This document shows positions 1-9,391 of a stretch of DNA of 64,000 nucleotides, piece by piece. Position numbers and translations under genes: made by a program. Location of the stretch: IMG/VR virus record IMGVR_UViG_3300032327_000792; one strand, given 5' to 3'. Numbering within the stretch: the stretch's first letter is position 1; every line of letters starts with the position of its first letter. Source of the DNA: a virus (Duplodnaviria > Caudoviricetes). The notes under the pieces are model-generated. The model saw only the letters and a list, made by a program, of their open reading frames with translations, did not search any database and was not told the origin of the DNA.

Positions 1-117
1 AAGAATATAAGTTTCAACCGCAGTACCATCATCAAACTCAAACACAAAGTCATCACCCTTGACAGGATTGAGTGCGCGATATTCTGACTCTGCTAGATAG
101 TCTCGTAGACTTTTCAT
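1..117 (-). CDS. N-terminal part of a probable head-associated protein (runs off the window edge; not in ORF track)
   Basis: ATG at 117, 1 nt after the stop of the 656-aa gene. Reads MKSLRDYLAESEYRALNPVKGDDFVFEFDDGTAVETYIL with no stop. The N-terminus resembles MKKFNEYLAESQ of the 2095..2703 gene. Confidence 0.75.
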   Translation of the reverse strand, partial: MKSLRDYLAESEYRALNPVKGDDFVFEFDDGTAVETYIL

Positions 118-118
118 A

Positions 119-2089
119 TTAACGGGCCTTGAACTGCTTTAGTTCTGCATACAGGTTCATGCCCAACTTGTCAGCAACAGCTTGTTCGCTGACTTGACGA
201 TCAGTTTGACTGGCAATCACTGGGATAGTTGTTTGACCTGTTGACTTAGGCTTGTTCAATCCACCTGCCCAACGGCGTAACAGCGCATCATCCTCACCTG
301 TGGTTTCTGCATCTGTAGGATAGTCAGGTGCATTTTCAGTTGGATCTGTGTTGCCATAGGCTTCTTCAACTTTGTCGCAACCGCATGGTGTTTGACCACA
401 GCCGCAACTGCTGGATTTCATACCAGCCAAATTCAACAACTGTGCCAATGTTTCAGCTTCAGCACCTTCGGCACTGACGGTGATATTTTTAGTTGGTTCT
501 CCATCTGAACCCATGCTCATGTTCACTGACACATTCATGCCTTCGGCAATCATGTTTTCAACACGGCTGTTGATGCTTTCGTAAACACCTTTGCCAAATT
601 CAATACCGCCAGTTTTTTTGGCTTTGGGTTCTGCATCAGCTTCTTTGACTTTCTTTGGCAAATCTTTTTCTTTGGTTGTGGCAAATTTCTTTAATTCACC
701 AGCAGGCATCTTGGCCATTTCTTTTGATGCACCACGCAATTCTGATTTAGGAATTTCTCCTTTGGCAGCAGCATAGGCAATGCCAGCGGCTTTGCGTTGT
801 GCCTGGCTCACGGCTTTTTCTGCAATGGGTTGCTCTTCGTCACGTTCAGCATCAACACTGGTCATGTAATCACTTACACCATCAATGTAGTTTTGTGCCA
901 ACGTAATTTTCTTTTGTACCCACTCTGGCAGATTGTCGTCATCACCCAACATACCGTGCAATTGTTTGGCCGCACGCATAATAGTGTGAATCTGTTGTTT
1001 GGCCATTTCGCCTTCACGATCATATTCGCCTTTGTCTACCAAAGGAATTGTGTCGTCTTCGGAAATAGTCACTGCATTACCGCCTTGAACTTGACTGAGA
1101 ATTTTGTGTATTGCACGCAATTTAGTCATTAGTTCTTTGGGCTCAACTTGACCGTTTTGTTGCATACGGTTGATCAAGTCTGCTGCATAACCAGTGGCTC
1201 GAACTACCAAGTTCATAGTGCTATCTTCTGCAATTGACCCTTTGCTGGCCAACTTGCTTGTGCCGCGGCTTTTGGCACCAAGCTTCTTGCCTTTGCCTGC
1301 GCCCACAGTCTTGCGACCTTTTTTCTTTGGTGTATCACTGTCTTCGTCCTCGTCGGGCTCTTCCTCGTAGCGACGAGTGTACACTGTACCTGTGGAAATT
1401 TGTTTCTTGTCAAATTTGCCAGTGCCTTTTTCAGGTTCAAACATTTTACGTGCCACTTCTGGATCAAATACATTTTTTGGTTTGTCTTTTTTGGCTTTGG
1501 CTTCTTTGACAGGATATGTTTTGCCATCTACTTCAAATTCCTTGGCACCTTGAGCACGTGCCTTGACCAACTCGCCTGAAAACTCATTGCCTTCTTCCAT
1601 CTCGGCTTCATCCATCTTGTTGTGCTTGGCACGAATGCTGGCCATCTTTTGTTTGCTGGCTCCATCACGGCCAGCCTGTTGCAAGGCCTTCATACCTTGC
1701 TCACCGTATTTTTTCTTGCCCAAATATGCTTGCAATGCACTTTCGTCCATTTCAGCTTCACTGACATCTTCTTTGGCACGTAGTTTTTTCAACACAGCAC
1801 CAGCCACACGCTCACCAGCTTCTTTTGAACCATAACGTCCAGCTGCATCTTTGGCAATAGTACCAAATGCTTTGCCTGGCTTACCAATGTCTTTGCCGGC
1901 ACGAGCAGACGTAGCACTGTAACTGGCTTCGTCAAGATCTTTTTCTTTGGCAGCTTTTTTCATTGGCTCTTTACGGTCGCCGTCTTTGTCAATGTCCAAG
2001 AAGTCTGGCTTGGCCTGTTTGCCTTCTGCTAAATTTTGTTTAGTGGCCAATTCAGCCATGCGTTTGTTTAGGTCGTAAAAAAATGTCAT
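119..2089 (-). CDS. Modular head-internal / prohead core-like protein (possible polyprotein)
   Basis: 656 aa of short basic modules separated by hydrophobic-x-E motifs. Contains DFLDIDKDGD (DxDxDG) and a DUF3008-like segment (KAVSQAQRKAAGIAYAAAKGEIPKSELRGASKEM). Confidence 0.6.
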   Translation of the reverse strand: MTFFYDLNKRMAELATKQNLAEGKQAKPDFLDIDKDGDRKEPMKKAAKEKDLDEASYSATSARAGKDIGKPGKAFGTIAKDAAGRYGSKEAGERVAGAVLKKLRAKEDVSEAEMDESALQAYLGKKKYGEQGMKALQQAGRDGASKQKMASIRAKHNKMDEAEMEEGNEFSGELVKARAQGAKEFEVDGKTYPVKEAKAKKDKPKNVFDPEVARKMFEPEKGTGKFDKKQISTGTVYTRRYEEEPDEDEDSDTPKKKGRKTVGAGKGKKLGAKSRGTSKLASKGSIAEDSTMNLVVRATGYAADLINRMQQNGQVEPKELMTKLRAIHKILSQVQGGNAVTISEDDTIPLVDKGEYDREGEMAKQQIHTIMRAAKQLHGMLGDDDNLPEWVQKKITLAQNYIDGVSDYMTSVDAERDEEQPIAEKAVSQAQRKAAGIAYAAAKGEIPKSELRGASKEMAKMPAGELKKFATTKEKDLPKKVKEADAEPKAKKTGGIEFGKGVYESINSRVENMIAEGMNVSVNMSMGSDGEPTKNITVSAEGAEAETLAQLLNLAGMKSSSCGCGQTPCGCDKVEEAYGNTDPTENAPDYPTDAETTGEDDALLRRWAGGLNKPKSTGQTTIPVIASQTDRQVSEQAVADKLGMNLYAELKQFKAR

Positions 2090-2094
2090 ATCAA

Positions 2095-2703
2095 TTATCC
2101 TCTTGGGTTTCTACCAGTTAGTGGCCGTGCTGGGCGCTTGATTGTGCTCATTGGGCTTGTGTCGCCCATGGGTAAATCGTTTGTTGTTGTTGCAGGTGGA
2201 GTCTTGCCTCCAGCAATTTCAAAGTTGCTACGATAAGCATTTTTCAACACAGCATGATCATAAGGACCAGTTGAGTAATCTTTGCTTAGAGCTTTTTGTT
2301 CTTTGTTGGGAGCAGGATAGTCTGTGTCTGTCAACAAATCTTTGTTTTGTTCTTCAACATCTACACGCTCTTGATTCATGGAATCTTCGTATGGAACTGT
2401 CAACATACGAATACGATTAGGATCTAGTCCCAACAACTGAGCAATTTGTTGTATCTGTGGCTCAATCGCAGGATAGCGGAATTCACAATCCATATGGCTC
2501 ACACGCTCGTTGTTGTAGGCTGGAAATTCTGCTGGGTTAAGTTGTACTGGAGTTGTCTTTACATCAGAGATCTTGGCAGGATCAAACTGCTTGAGTTTCT
2601 CTTCCAGTGCTTTGACAAAGCCCGATGGTACGTCCCCTACAATTTTGATGCGATAATTGTAGACTCTTTGTGATTCTGCAAGGTATTCGTTAAATTTTTT
2701 CAT
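2095..2703 (-). CDS. Hypothetical late (probably virion head) protein
   Basis: 202-aa ORF with late promoter GATAAATA at 2721-2728 and AGGA SD; N-terminal YLAE motif. Confidence 0.7.
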   Translation of the reverse strand: MKKFNEYLAESQRVYNYRIKIVGDVPSGFVKALEEKLKQFDPAKISDVKTTPVQLNPAEFPAYNNERVSHMDCEFRYPAIEPQIQQIAQLLGLDPNRIRMLTVPYEDSMNQERVDVEEQNKDLLTDTDYPAPNKEQKALSKDYSTGPYDHAVLKNAYRSNFEIAGGKTPPATTTNDLPMGDTSPMSTIKRPARPLTGRNPRG

Positions 2704-2720
2704 GTCAGTTTCCTATACGA

Positions 2721-2728
2721 TATTTATC
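2721..2728 (-). promoter_or_regulatory. Late promoter GATAAATA
   Basis: T4 TATAAATA-like box in the intergenic gap. Confidence 0.7.
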
Positions 2729-3233
2729 AGTCTTTTGACTTTTGATCTCTGTTGCCAATCAAGCGTTCCAGTAGATCATTGCGACTCAGTACTTGTCCTT
2801 CTGCGGTTTCCATTGGGACATTGCCATCTGCATTGGCATTTTTTTCGCGGTCTTGATCTAGTTTTAGTTTCTTCATTTGTAGATCAACCATTTTTAGTTT
2901 TTTGTTTAGTTTGGCAGTTTTGGCTGTGAGTGCGTGTCCCAACATAGCACCAGCCACAGCAAAGATTTCGCTGGCATAACGGCTATCAACCTGCATTCCA
3001 AGATCCATCAAATCATCAAATGTTTCCGTGGCTTTTTTGGCAAGTTCATCCATTTCTTCGTCACTGCTGTCCAGGCCCTGCACACTGGGCAAAGCCGCAT
3101 CAATTTTGTCAATGGTATCGTCAATTTCTGCTAGAGCAGTTTTTGTCACAGGAACGACCACAGTATCCGCTGGAGTTTCAGAATCAAATCCGCTGGGGGG
3201 TAAATCAAACAACGATTCTAATTTTCTTGTCAT
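2727..3233 (-). CDS. Putative terminase small subunit (T4 gp16-like)
   Basis: 168 aa, helical. QVDSRYASEIFAVAGAMLGH..KLNKKLKM resembles the T4 gp16 central helices as I recall them; adjacent to gp4. Confidence 0.5.
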   Translation of the reverse strand: MTRKLESLFDLPPSGFDSETPADTVVVPVTKTALAEIDDTIDKIDAALPSVQGLDSSDEEMDELAKKATETFDDLMDLGMQVDSRYASEIFAVAGAMLGHALTAKTAKLNKKLKMVDLQMKKLKLDQDREKNANADGNVPMETAEGQVLSRNDLLERLIGNRDQKSKD

Positions 3234-3237
3234 ACCA

Positions 3238-3245
3238 TATTTATT
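3238..3245 (-). promoter_or_regulatory. Late promoter AATAAATA
   Basis: 4 nt from ATG 3233. Confidence 0.65.
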
Positions 3246-3266
3246 GTGGTATAATATGGGTTATGC

Positions 3267-3698
3267 TTATTTGTTGCCGTTTTTGAACATGTCATCTTCG
3301 GTGATGACTCGGAATATCAACCCCTGCTTTTTACACCACTTGGTTGCAGAATCCCATTTGGCATAATTCACGGCCACAACAGCACGCTCATTGGCTTTCA
3401 TTTTTGATTCAACTATGCTTTGTTTTTTGGGTTTGATCTCAATTACTTCTGCTATCATTTGATTGTTGCGATTTTTGTAGGTAATCAAGAAGTCCGGAAC
3501 ATAGATACTTTGTTTGCCTGTAATGGGGTTACGATAAGGAATTGAAATTGACTCACTGGCCCACTGTAGTATGTTGTCGTTGTTGTCAAGAAATCTCATA
3601 AATGCATGTTCCCAACCAGATCTATAACGAGGTGCGCCTTTGCCCACATACTTTTGTTTGTTTTTGACTACGTAGGCGCCTTGTGCAAACTTGCTCAT
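3267..3698 (-). CDS. gp4: Head completion nuclease (T4 gp4 / TnsA-like PD-(D/E)xK fold)
   Basis: YRSGWE, WASESISIPY, YVPDF, EIKP, VNYAKW..A..WC and FRVITE motifs. Confidence 0.9.
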   Translation of the reverse strand: MSKFAQGAYVVKNKQKYVGKGAPRYRSGWEHAFMRFLDNNDNILQWASESISIPYRNPITGKQSIYVPDFLITYKNRNNQMIAEVIEIKPKKQSIVESKMKANERAVVAVNYAKWDSATKWCKKQGLIFRVITEDDMFKNGNK

Positions 3699-4054
3699 TG
3701 TCTTACATTTCTAGCTGTGTAGTAGTTTGGCGTTGTGGGTTGTAATACTCCCAACAAGGTAGCTGGGCTACGAAGACTGTTCAAGTAATAGGCCATGGAA
3801 ATGGTCAATTGCACTGAGTTTTGACCTTCCATGCTTTGAAGCAGAGTGAGCACCGGTGTGTTGCTTTCTTCAGCCACTCTAAACAGCGACGTGGTAAAAT
3901 TCTCAGCAGCCAAGGTTGTGGTAAACACACTACGAAAATAGCTCAACACAATGTCGTATTCCATGGCAGGTACATTGGCACTGTAGTCGTAGAATCGATC
4001 AAATATTTCAACAGTTTGATCAATTTTTGGGTTGACTTCGTTTATGGTACTCAT
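3695..4054 (-). CDS. Hypothetical protein
   Basis: 119-aa ORF overlapping the gp4 start by 4 nt; same operon. Confidence 0.7.
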   Translation of the reverse strand: MSTINEVNPKIDQTVEIFDRFYDYSANVPAMEYDIVLSYFRSVFTTTLAAENFTTSLFRVAEESNTPVLTLLQSMEGQNSVQLTISMAYYLNSLRSPATLLGVLQPTTPNYYTARNVRQ

Positions 4055-4057
4055 GGT

Positions 4058-5230
4058 TTAACCTCGAGGGGGAGTTGGGAAAAATATACCATCCAGCAAG
4101 CCGCGTTGAGCCGGACTTCTGCTGGTTGCTGTTGTGCCAATAGCAGCTCTAGTTGCTCCGGGCAGACTTGTTTTGAGAATTGTTCTTGCACTGTCTTTGA
4201 CTTCTTGGTTAACTATGCTACGAATGTTTTTGTCTTTGAATGTTCCGTATGCTGTGCCAGCTTTTTGCAACGCTCCCACAATGCCAGCAACACCACCACT
4301 CTGTAAATCTGTAACGATGCCCACTCCGGCATCAATCAATCCACCGCGACCTAACACTGTGGCATTGCTACCCAGACGACTAATTGAACTACGCACAGTA
4401 TCATAATAGGCAGGATCTGCAAAGCCCACAACGTTGGTATCAGGTCTGACGCCGCCCACAGCACCACTCATGTATTTCACAGTTTCATAACGCATAGTCA
4501 TGCGATGAGTCATCATGCCGTTGCCCTGACTGTAATCATAGGTGTCGTGTTGCCACTCAGTAATCATTGGGTTGATCAAAACATATTCGGCAAAAGTTCG
4601 CTGGTTTAGTCCGTAAATTCTGATATCTCTAAAGAACGGTGGTTTTCCAGCATTGCTCAATGAGCCACCAGGAGGAAAGCTGTAGCCATCTGCATAACTT
4701 TCGCCAATATAGCCCCAGTCGTTGACTGTACGGCTGTTGTCGTAGATGTCTCTGGAGTTGTAGTTGAATCCAGCTGGTGTGCCAAACAACTGTGCCATGA
4801 CACCATTGGTATTGGTCACGTTGTCGTATTTTTGACTTGGATCTTTGTAATAGTATGAGAAATAGTTGTACCACATGGTACGAACTACGTCACCGCCGTC
4901 ATCATGAAACTCAACTGTGACAGGATTGTAATCAATCTTGCTCTGCACTAAACGCTTGCGATTGTATTGATTTAAGGTGTCTACTTGAATTGTGTAGTTT
5001 GGAAGCTGTACTGTTTTGACCAGCAATCCAATTGTGGCAGATTCTTGACCACCATATATGGCTCGCAACTCTGGAACTGCTGTGTTGATTGTGAAGTAAA
5101 CATGAAATAAGAACTTGGTACGAGGGGCAAGTTCGTATCCATTGGTTAAAAAGGTTTTACTGGCGTGGGCGTAATCTTTTAATCCGTCTGCGCCAATAAA
5201 TCCTTTTAAAAAGTCTTGCCCAAAGCTCAT
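4058..5230 (-). CDS. Tail tube-fold protein (gp19 paralog; tube initiator/terminator-like)
   Basis: N-terminal half has gp19-like motifs (VKTVQLPNYTI, YNPVTVEFHDD, ITEWQHDTYDYS, MTMRYE); directly follows the tube gene. Confidence 0.65.
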   Translation of the reverse strand: MSFGQDFLKGFIGADGLKDYAHASKTFLTNGYELAPRTKFLFHVYFTINTAVPELRAIYGGQESATIGLLVKTVQLPNYTIQVDTLNQYNRKRLVQSKIDYNPVTVEFHDDGGDVVRTMWYNYFSYYYKDPSQKYDNVTNTNGVMAQLFGTPAGFNYNSRDIYDNSRTVNDWGYIGESYADGYSFPPGGSLSNAGKPPFFRDIRIYGLNQRTFAEYVLINPMITEWQHDTYDYSQGNGMMTHRMTMRYETVKYMSGAVGGVRPDTNVVGFADPAYYDTVRSSISRLGSNATVLGRGGLIDAGVGIVTDLQSGGVAGIVGALQKAGTAYGTFKDKNIRSIVNQEVKDSARTILKTSLPGATRAAIGTTATSRSPAQRGLLDGIFFPTPPRG

Positions 5231-5236
5231 CGGCTA

Positions 5237-5854
5237 TTAGCCTGTGGCAACATCGCCAATGGTACGACCAACCAGTGTACCAACACCTTGACCTTGCGGA
5301 GTCTGTACAGCGTTGTCAAATGCAATGGTCATTGACACTGTTGCAGCTTCACTTGATGCATAATTCATGTCGTTGTAGTTGACTGCTTTAACATAGCAAC
5401 CGTAGATTTCCCAAGTTTCCAACGCCACTGGTTCAAATGTGCCATTGCCACCATCCAACACTTCAAATCGTGTCAAGAACTTATAGTCAATACCTGAGGC
5501 AGCCGATGCTTGCTCCATAAAGTCCAATTGCTTTTGCAACTGCTCACCAACCAAACGGCTGACTTGGCCGCCTGCGTCATCGCGTAAATTACATGTTAAA
5601 TCGTCCCATGAGTGTTTACCGGCTAATTTAATCTTTGAGTTATAAATGTCCAACACCATTTCTTCAAAACTTACTGAAGGACGTGTGAAATCCATAACCT
5701 GTTTGGTTAATTCTGTTCTTGGTGTTGATACACCAAAGTTTTCAAATATCACTCTAAAGCGATATTTTAGTTTAGGCATCAACAGACCTTGGGTTGGATT
5801 ACTCTGATCACTTGCCAAAGGCACTGTCATTCTAGTTAGTGATGAAACGGCCAT
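5237..5854 (-). CDS. gp19: Tail tube protein
   Basis: 205 aa; PKLKYRFRVIF, FTRPSVSF, W..LTCNLRDD and YDN-type C-terminal strand; downstream of the sheath gene. Confidence 0.85.
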   Translation of the reverse strand: MAVSSLTRMTVPLASDQSNPTQGLLMPKLKYRFRVIFENFGVSTPRTELTKQVMDFTRPSVSFEEMVLDIYNSKIKLAGKHSWDDLTCNLRDDAGGQVSRLVGEQLQKQLDFMEQASAASGIDYKFLTRFEVLDGGNGTFEPVALETWEIYGCYVKAVNYNDMNYASSEAATVSMTIAFDNAVQTPQGQGVGTLVGRTIGDVATG

Positions 5855-5875
5855 TTTGTTCTCCTGTTATACATT

Positions 5876-5883
5876 TATTTATG
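5876..5883 (-). promoter_or_regulatory. Late promoter CATAAATA (tube gene)
   Basis: Between the sheath terminator and the AGGAG SD. Confidence 0.75.
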
Positions 5884-5897
5884 GCCTTTGTGGCCGG

Positions 5898-5926
5898 AAA
5901 AAAATAGGGCTCAAAATAGGCCCTAT
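5898..5926 (-). terminator. Intrinsic terminator after the sheath gene
   Basis: ATAGGGC-stem hairpin followed by a T run on the minus strand. Confidence 0.8.
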
Positions 5927-5947
5927 CTTCTTTACTGTCATCGTTGA

Positions 5948-8900
5948 TTAACTCGCTGTAGCCACTGTTGACAAGCTACTTGAAATTTCTCCAGTGTTCT
6001 TGATGCGCAATGGAATGTAGATAAATTCAACTGCTTTGACTGGCTCAATTGCAATGTCAACATACAATTCATTGGCATCAATACGTGTTGGTGTATTATT
6101 GGTCAAGTCACAGACCACTAGGTAATCATAGATACCGCGTTTGTTTACCAAGTCAATCATCAAACTATCAATGGAGTTCTTGATCTCATTTCTAGTGATT
6201 TGATCGTTGGGTTCAAACAAGAATGTTTTGGCAATTTCTGTCAATCTACCACGAATAAATGCTACCAAACGTGCTACGTTGATACGATCCATCGCTGTGG
6301 CCACATTAGTGACAGTCTTGTTACCAAAGTTGGTGATACCAATACCCGGTACAAATGTAATTGGATTGATATCTTGTTCGTACAGCACGTCACGTAGACC
6401 TTGACGTACACCAATTGATTCAAATTCACCTGTGGCAGAGTTAACATAACCAATACGTGCAGCATTGTCAATCACTCCACGACGTGTACCGGCCGGTGCC
6501 AACCATGGAAATGCCACTTCGTCACTGCGAATAATAGTACGGATCATCATGTGGCTTGGTGGTTGTACCACCGGTGAGCCTGATAAATCTGTTGTTTGGC
6601 AACTTGGGTAAAACACTCCCAAATACACATCAGAAACGTTTAAGCCGTCTTCTGTTGCAGTACCAGCTCCGCCATTGTTGGTTGCCCAATTGGTAATTTC
6701 TGCACTGTCTGGGCCCAATCTCAATGGTGTATCACCAATTACAAATGCTGTGTTGTTGCGTTCGTTGTTGAGTGCAACCATGTTGATCATTAGTTCTGGA
6801 TATTGCGGACATGCAATCAAGTTAAACTGACGTTGTTCCTCACGAACCTCAATGTTGGCATCAATACCGGCTTTGAGAGCCGACACTATCAAAGCACGTT
6901 GAGCTTGACGACCCATGTAGGGTGATCCATTGGCTTTGTTGCCTGATGCTGTTACCCATGCATTGGTTTGTGTGGGCAATACATCATCTGGGAAAGCAGT
7001 GGCATTGAAATAATCTACCTGGAATGATTTGACGTTGAATCCTGAACGGCGTGTGTTGAACAACAACATGCCCTGTGGAAATAGTGAAGGATCCGGTGCA
7101 TCTAGGTCCAAATAGTTTGAAGTCAACAAACTTGTGATTGTTGGAATAGCTCCTGTGATTGGATCGGTTGTGCCATTGGTTGCCCAACGTGCATCTGCAA
7201 ACAACACACCATTTTCTGTGGTTTGATCTGTGTTGTCCAAAGTTACCCACTGGTCAACTCCATCAACCAAACTCCAACGATTGATCACTGGATAGTTTTC
7301 TAAATCGCTGGTATCAATCCATAAGTCGCCATATTGCAATGGACTCTGTGCTGTGTTGTTTTGAGTTGTTGGTGCTGTTGCACTGAACTGTGGTCCTGAG
7401 GCATTGGTTAAACTCAAATTATCACCACGCACATCGTTTACAACGTTTTGATAGCCAAACCATGCTCCGTTGTTTTGAATCATGATATCAGCTTGATTTG
7501 TTGCTGAATAGTACCACAGACGTCCGTCGGCTGGATCTTGATCTGGTGCTGTTGAACTAGCAGTGTAGGAAAATCCAATGGTAGAGTCTGTAAAATTAGA
7601 AAGAACCAACTGGCCAGCTGTGGAACCACCTACTCGGACTCCTTCAATACTAGTATTGAATCCTGCTGTTGAAATTGGTGTGCCTTGGCCTGCTACCGGA
7701 GTCAACACAATTTCGCCGCCTGCACTGTGAGTGAATACAATGGCCCCATCACTGTTGACGCTTGCGCTTACATATGGTGCAAATGTTGTGGTTCCCACAG
7801 CAGCCGACACTGCTGTCACAAACGCAGAGGCTGTAGTTCCACTCAGTATGGCTGTGACCGGTGACGGTAGTGCCGATACCCCCGGAACACTGGCTGTAAT
7901 TGTGAACCGGTTACCAGATACAAATGTAGGAGCTGTGTTAGACCCAGTGATGTTCACAGACCCGGTGGCAAACGATTCAAGAATTATCAAACCCAATGTA
8001 TCAGGGCTAGCAAATGTTGGATTTAATCTTGCAAAAGTTGTACCTACTGGAATATTGACTCCGCCACCTGCAGGATCAAGAACATACAATGCCTCGTGCT
8101 GAGTAGCAAAGATTGGACACGATTGTTGAATAAATGTTCCAAGCGTTGAATTGAACTTCTTGATCACAATGTTTGCACCAAGATTTACATTGGTTGTTTT
8201 TTGCCATACTGATCCTGTTGGCTCCGGAGTTGTTTGACTAGAACCCCAGCGTGGTACTGTGTAGTGTGGGCTGGCCTGGAATGCAGGAGCAAAATAATAA
8301 GTTGAGCTGGCAGTGGCTGTAATACCCAAACTTGCCAAAGGTGTTCCTGATCCGTTGTCAATTTCAACAATGCCTTCGCCTAATGTACTGCCATCTGCTT
8401 GAGCAGTTGAGTCTGCATAGATTGTTAATTTACCATCAATTGTGGCAGCATATACACCAGTGATGCTGGCAGAGTTGATTGAGTTTGCCAAAGTGTTTAC
8501 TGTAGAACCGTTGGTGATAGTAACGGTAGTTCCATTGATGATGATACTGCCAGCACTGAGAGTTGATGGAGCCAATGTGCCTTGGATTGTAGGCCATGAT
8601 GTTTTCCATTCATTGCTGCCAACTTGTACCCAGGTATTGTATAAAACACTAATTGATGTGGCACTGGTTTGACTAGAAGTAGGGCCGCCACGTTTGAAAT
8701 ATCCAGGATTGTTCAAGTTGGTTGCTGTGATTGCATAATCTCCAATGCTACCAATGCTTTGTAAAGGCACAGTTGAACTGGGTACTAAATCTGCTGAGTC
8801 GGTAATAACTAGAGGTACTTGGTTGGTAAATGCACCAGTTGTAATGTTCCACTGAAAAATACCCCACACAGTATTTGCTGTGTCTAGCCAGTATGTTCCG

Positions 8901-9295
8901 TTATCAGGGTTACCTGTTGGACGTGTTAGTGTAGCAGTAAGTTCTGCTAGATCAATGTCTGCACGTTGAACGTAAGCACGATTAGTTACACCCAATGCTG
9001 AGTACGCGGCCAACAAGCCATATTCGTTTAGCTCGTAACCGTTGATTGGTGTACCAGCTGTGGTTTTGTAAAAGAATGGATTGCCAAATGTAGCAGCCAA
9101 ATCACGTTGACTGTCAATCAAGTACACTCTGTTAGCATTGGCGGCCAATGTACCTGCGGCAACACCTGCGCCTGTGCCAGAAATTTTGTTCTGTGCAGTG
9201 GCGATTAAAATATAGGGGACCGAGTTGGTAGCTGCAGGGATATATTGACTTTCGTCAATAACTGTTACTTCTACGCCTGGTGATAATAGTGCCAT
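5948..9295 (-). CDS. gp18: Tail sheath protein (enlarged)
   Basis: LLSPGVEVTVIDES N-terminus; C-terminal PWLAPAG.RRG, INPI, FGNKT, RINVARL, FEPND..TR and I.IEPVKAVEFI motifs; 1115 aa. Confidence 0.95.
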   Translation of the reverse strand: MALLSPGVEVTVIDESQYIPAATNSVPYILIATAQNKISGTGAGVAAGTLAANANRVYLIDSQRDLAATFGNPFFYKTTAGTPINGYELNEYGLLAAYSALGVTNRAYVQRADIDLAELTATLTRPTGNPDNGTYWLDTANTVWGIFQWNITTGAFTNQVPLVITDSADLVPSSTVPLQSIGSIGDYAITATNLNNPGYFKRGGPTSSQTSATSISVLYNTWVQVGSNEWKTSWPTIQGTLAPSTLSAGSIIINGTTVTITNGSTVNTLANSINSASITGVYAATIDGKLTIYADSTAQADGSTLGEGIVEIDNGSGTPLASLGITATASSTYYFAPAFQASPHYTVPRWGSSQTTPEPTGSVWQKTTNVNLGANIVIKKFNSTLGTFIQQSCPIFATQHEALYVLDPAGGGVNIPVGTTFARLNPTFASPDTLGLIILESFATGSVNITGSNTAPTFVSGNRFTITASVPGVSALPSPVTAILSGTTASAFVTAVSAAVGTTTFAPYVSASVNSDGAIVFTHSAGGEIVLTPVAGQGTPISTAGFNTSIEGVRVGGSTAGQLVLSNFTDSTIGFSYTASSTAPDQDPADGRLWYYSATNQADIMIQNNGAWFGYQNVVNDVRGDNLSLTNASGPQFSATAPTTQNNTAQSPLQYGDLWIDTSDLENYPVINRWSLVDGVDQWVTLDNTDQTTENGVLFADARWATNGTTDPITGAIPTITSLLTSNYLDLDAPDPSLFPQGMLLFNTRRSGFNVKSFQVDYFNATAFPDDVLPTQTNAWVTASGNKANGSPYMGRQAQRALIVSALKAGIDANIEVREEQRQFNLIACPQYPELMINMVALNNERNNTAFVIGDTPLRLGPDSAEITNWATNNGGAGTATEDGLNVSDVYLGVFYPSCQTTDLSGSPVVQPPSHMMIRTIIRSDEVAFPWLAPAGTRRGVIDNAARIGYVNSATGEFESIGVRQGLRDVLYEQDINPITFVPGIGITNFGNKTVTNVATAMDRINVARLVAFIRGRLTEIAKTFLFEPNDQITRNEIKNSIDSLMIDLVNKRGIYDYLVVCDLTNNTPTRIDANELYVDIAIEPVKAVEFIYIPLRIKNTGEISSSLSTVATAS

Positions 9296-9321
9296 GGTAA
9301 TTCCTTTTTCTAAGTTATAGA

Positions 9322-9329
9322 TATTTATC
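9322..9329 (-). promoter_or_regulatory. Late promoter GATAAATA (sheath gene)
   Basis: Intergenic, upstream of gp18. Confidence 0.75.
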
Positions 9330-9380
9330 GTATCGTCTCAAAAGAGTGATGTATTGTTGCCCTTTGCCAAAGGTTTTGTG

Positions 9381-9387
9381 TTAAATA
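9381..9387 (+). promoter_or_regulatory. Late promoter TTAAATA
   Basis: 4 nt from ATG 9392. Confidence 0.6.
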
Positions 9388-9391
9388 CAGC

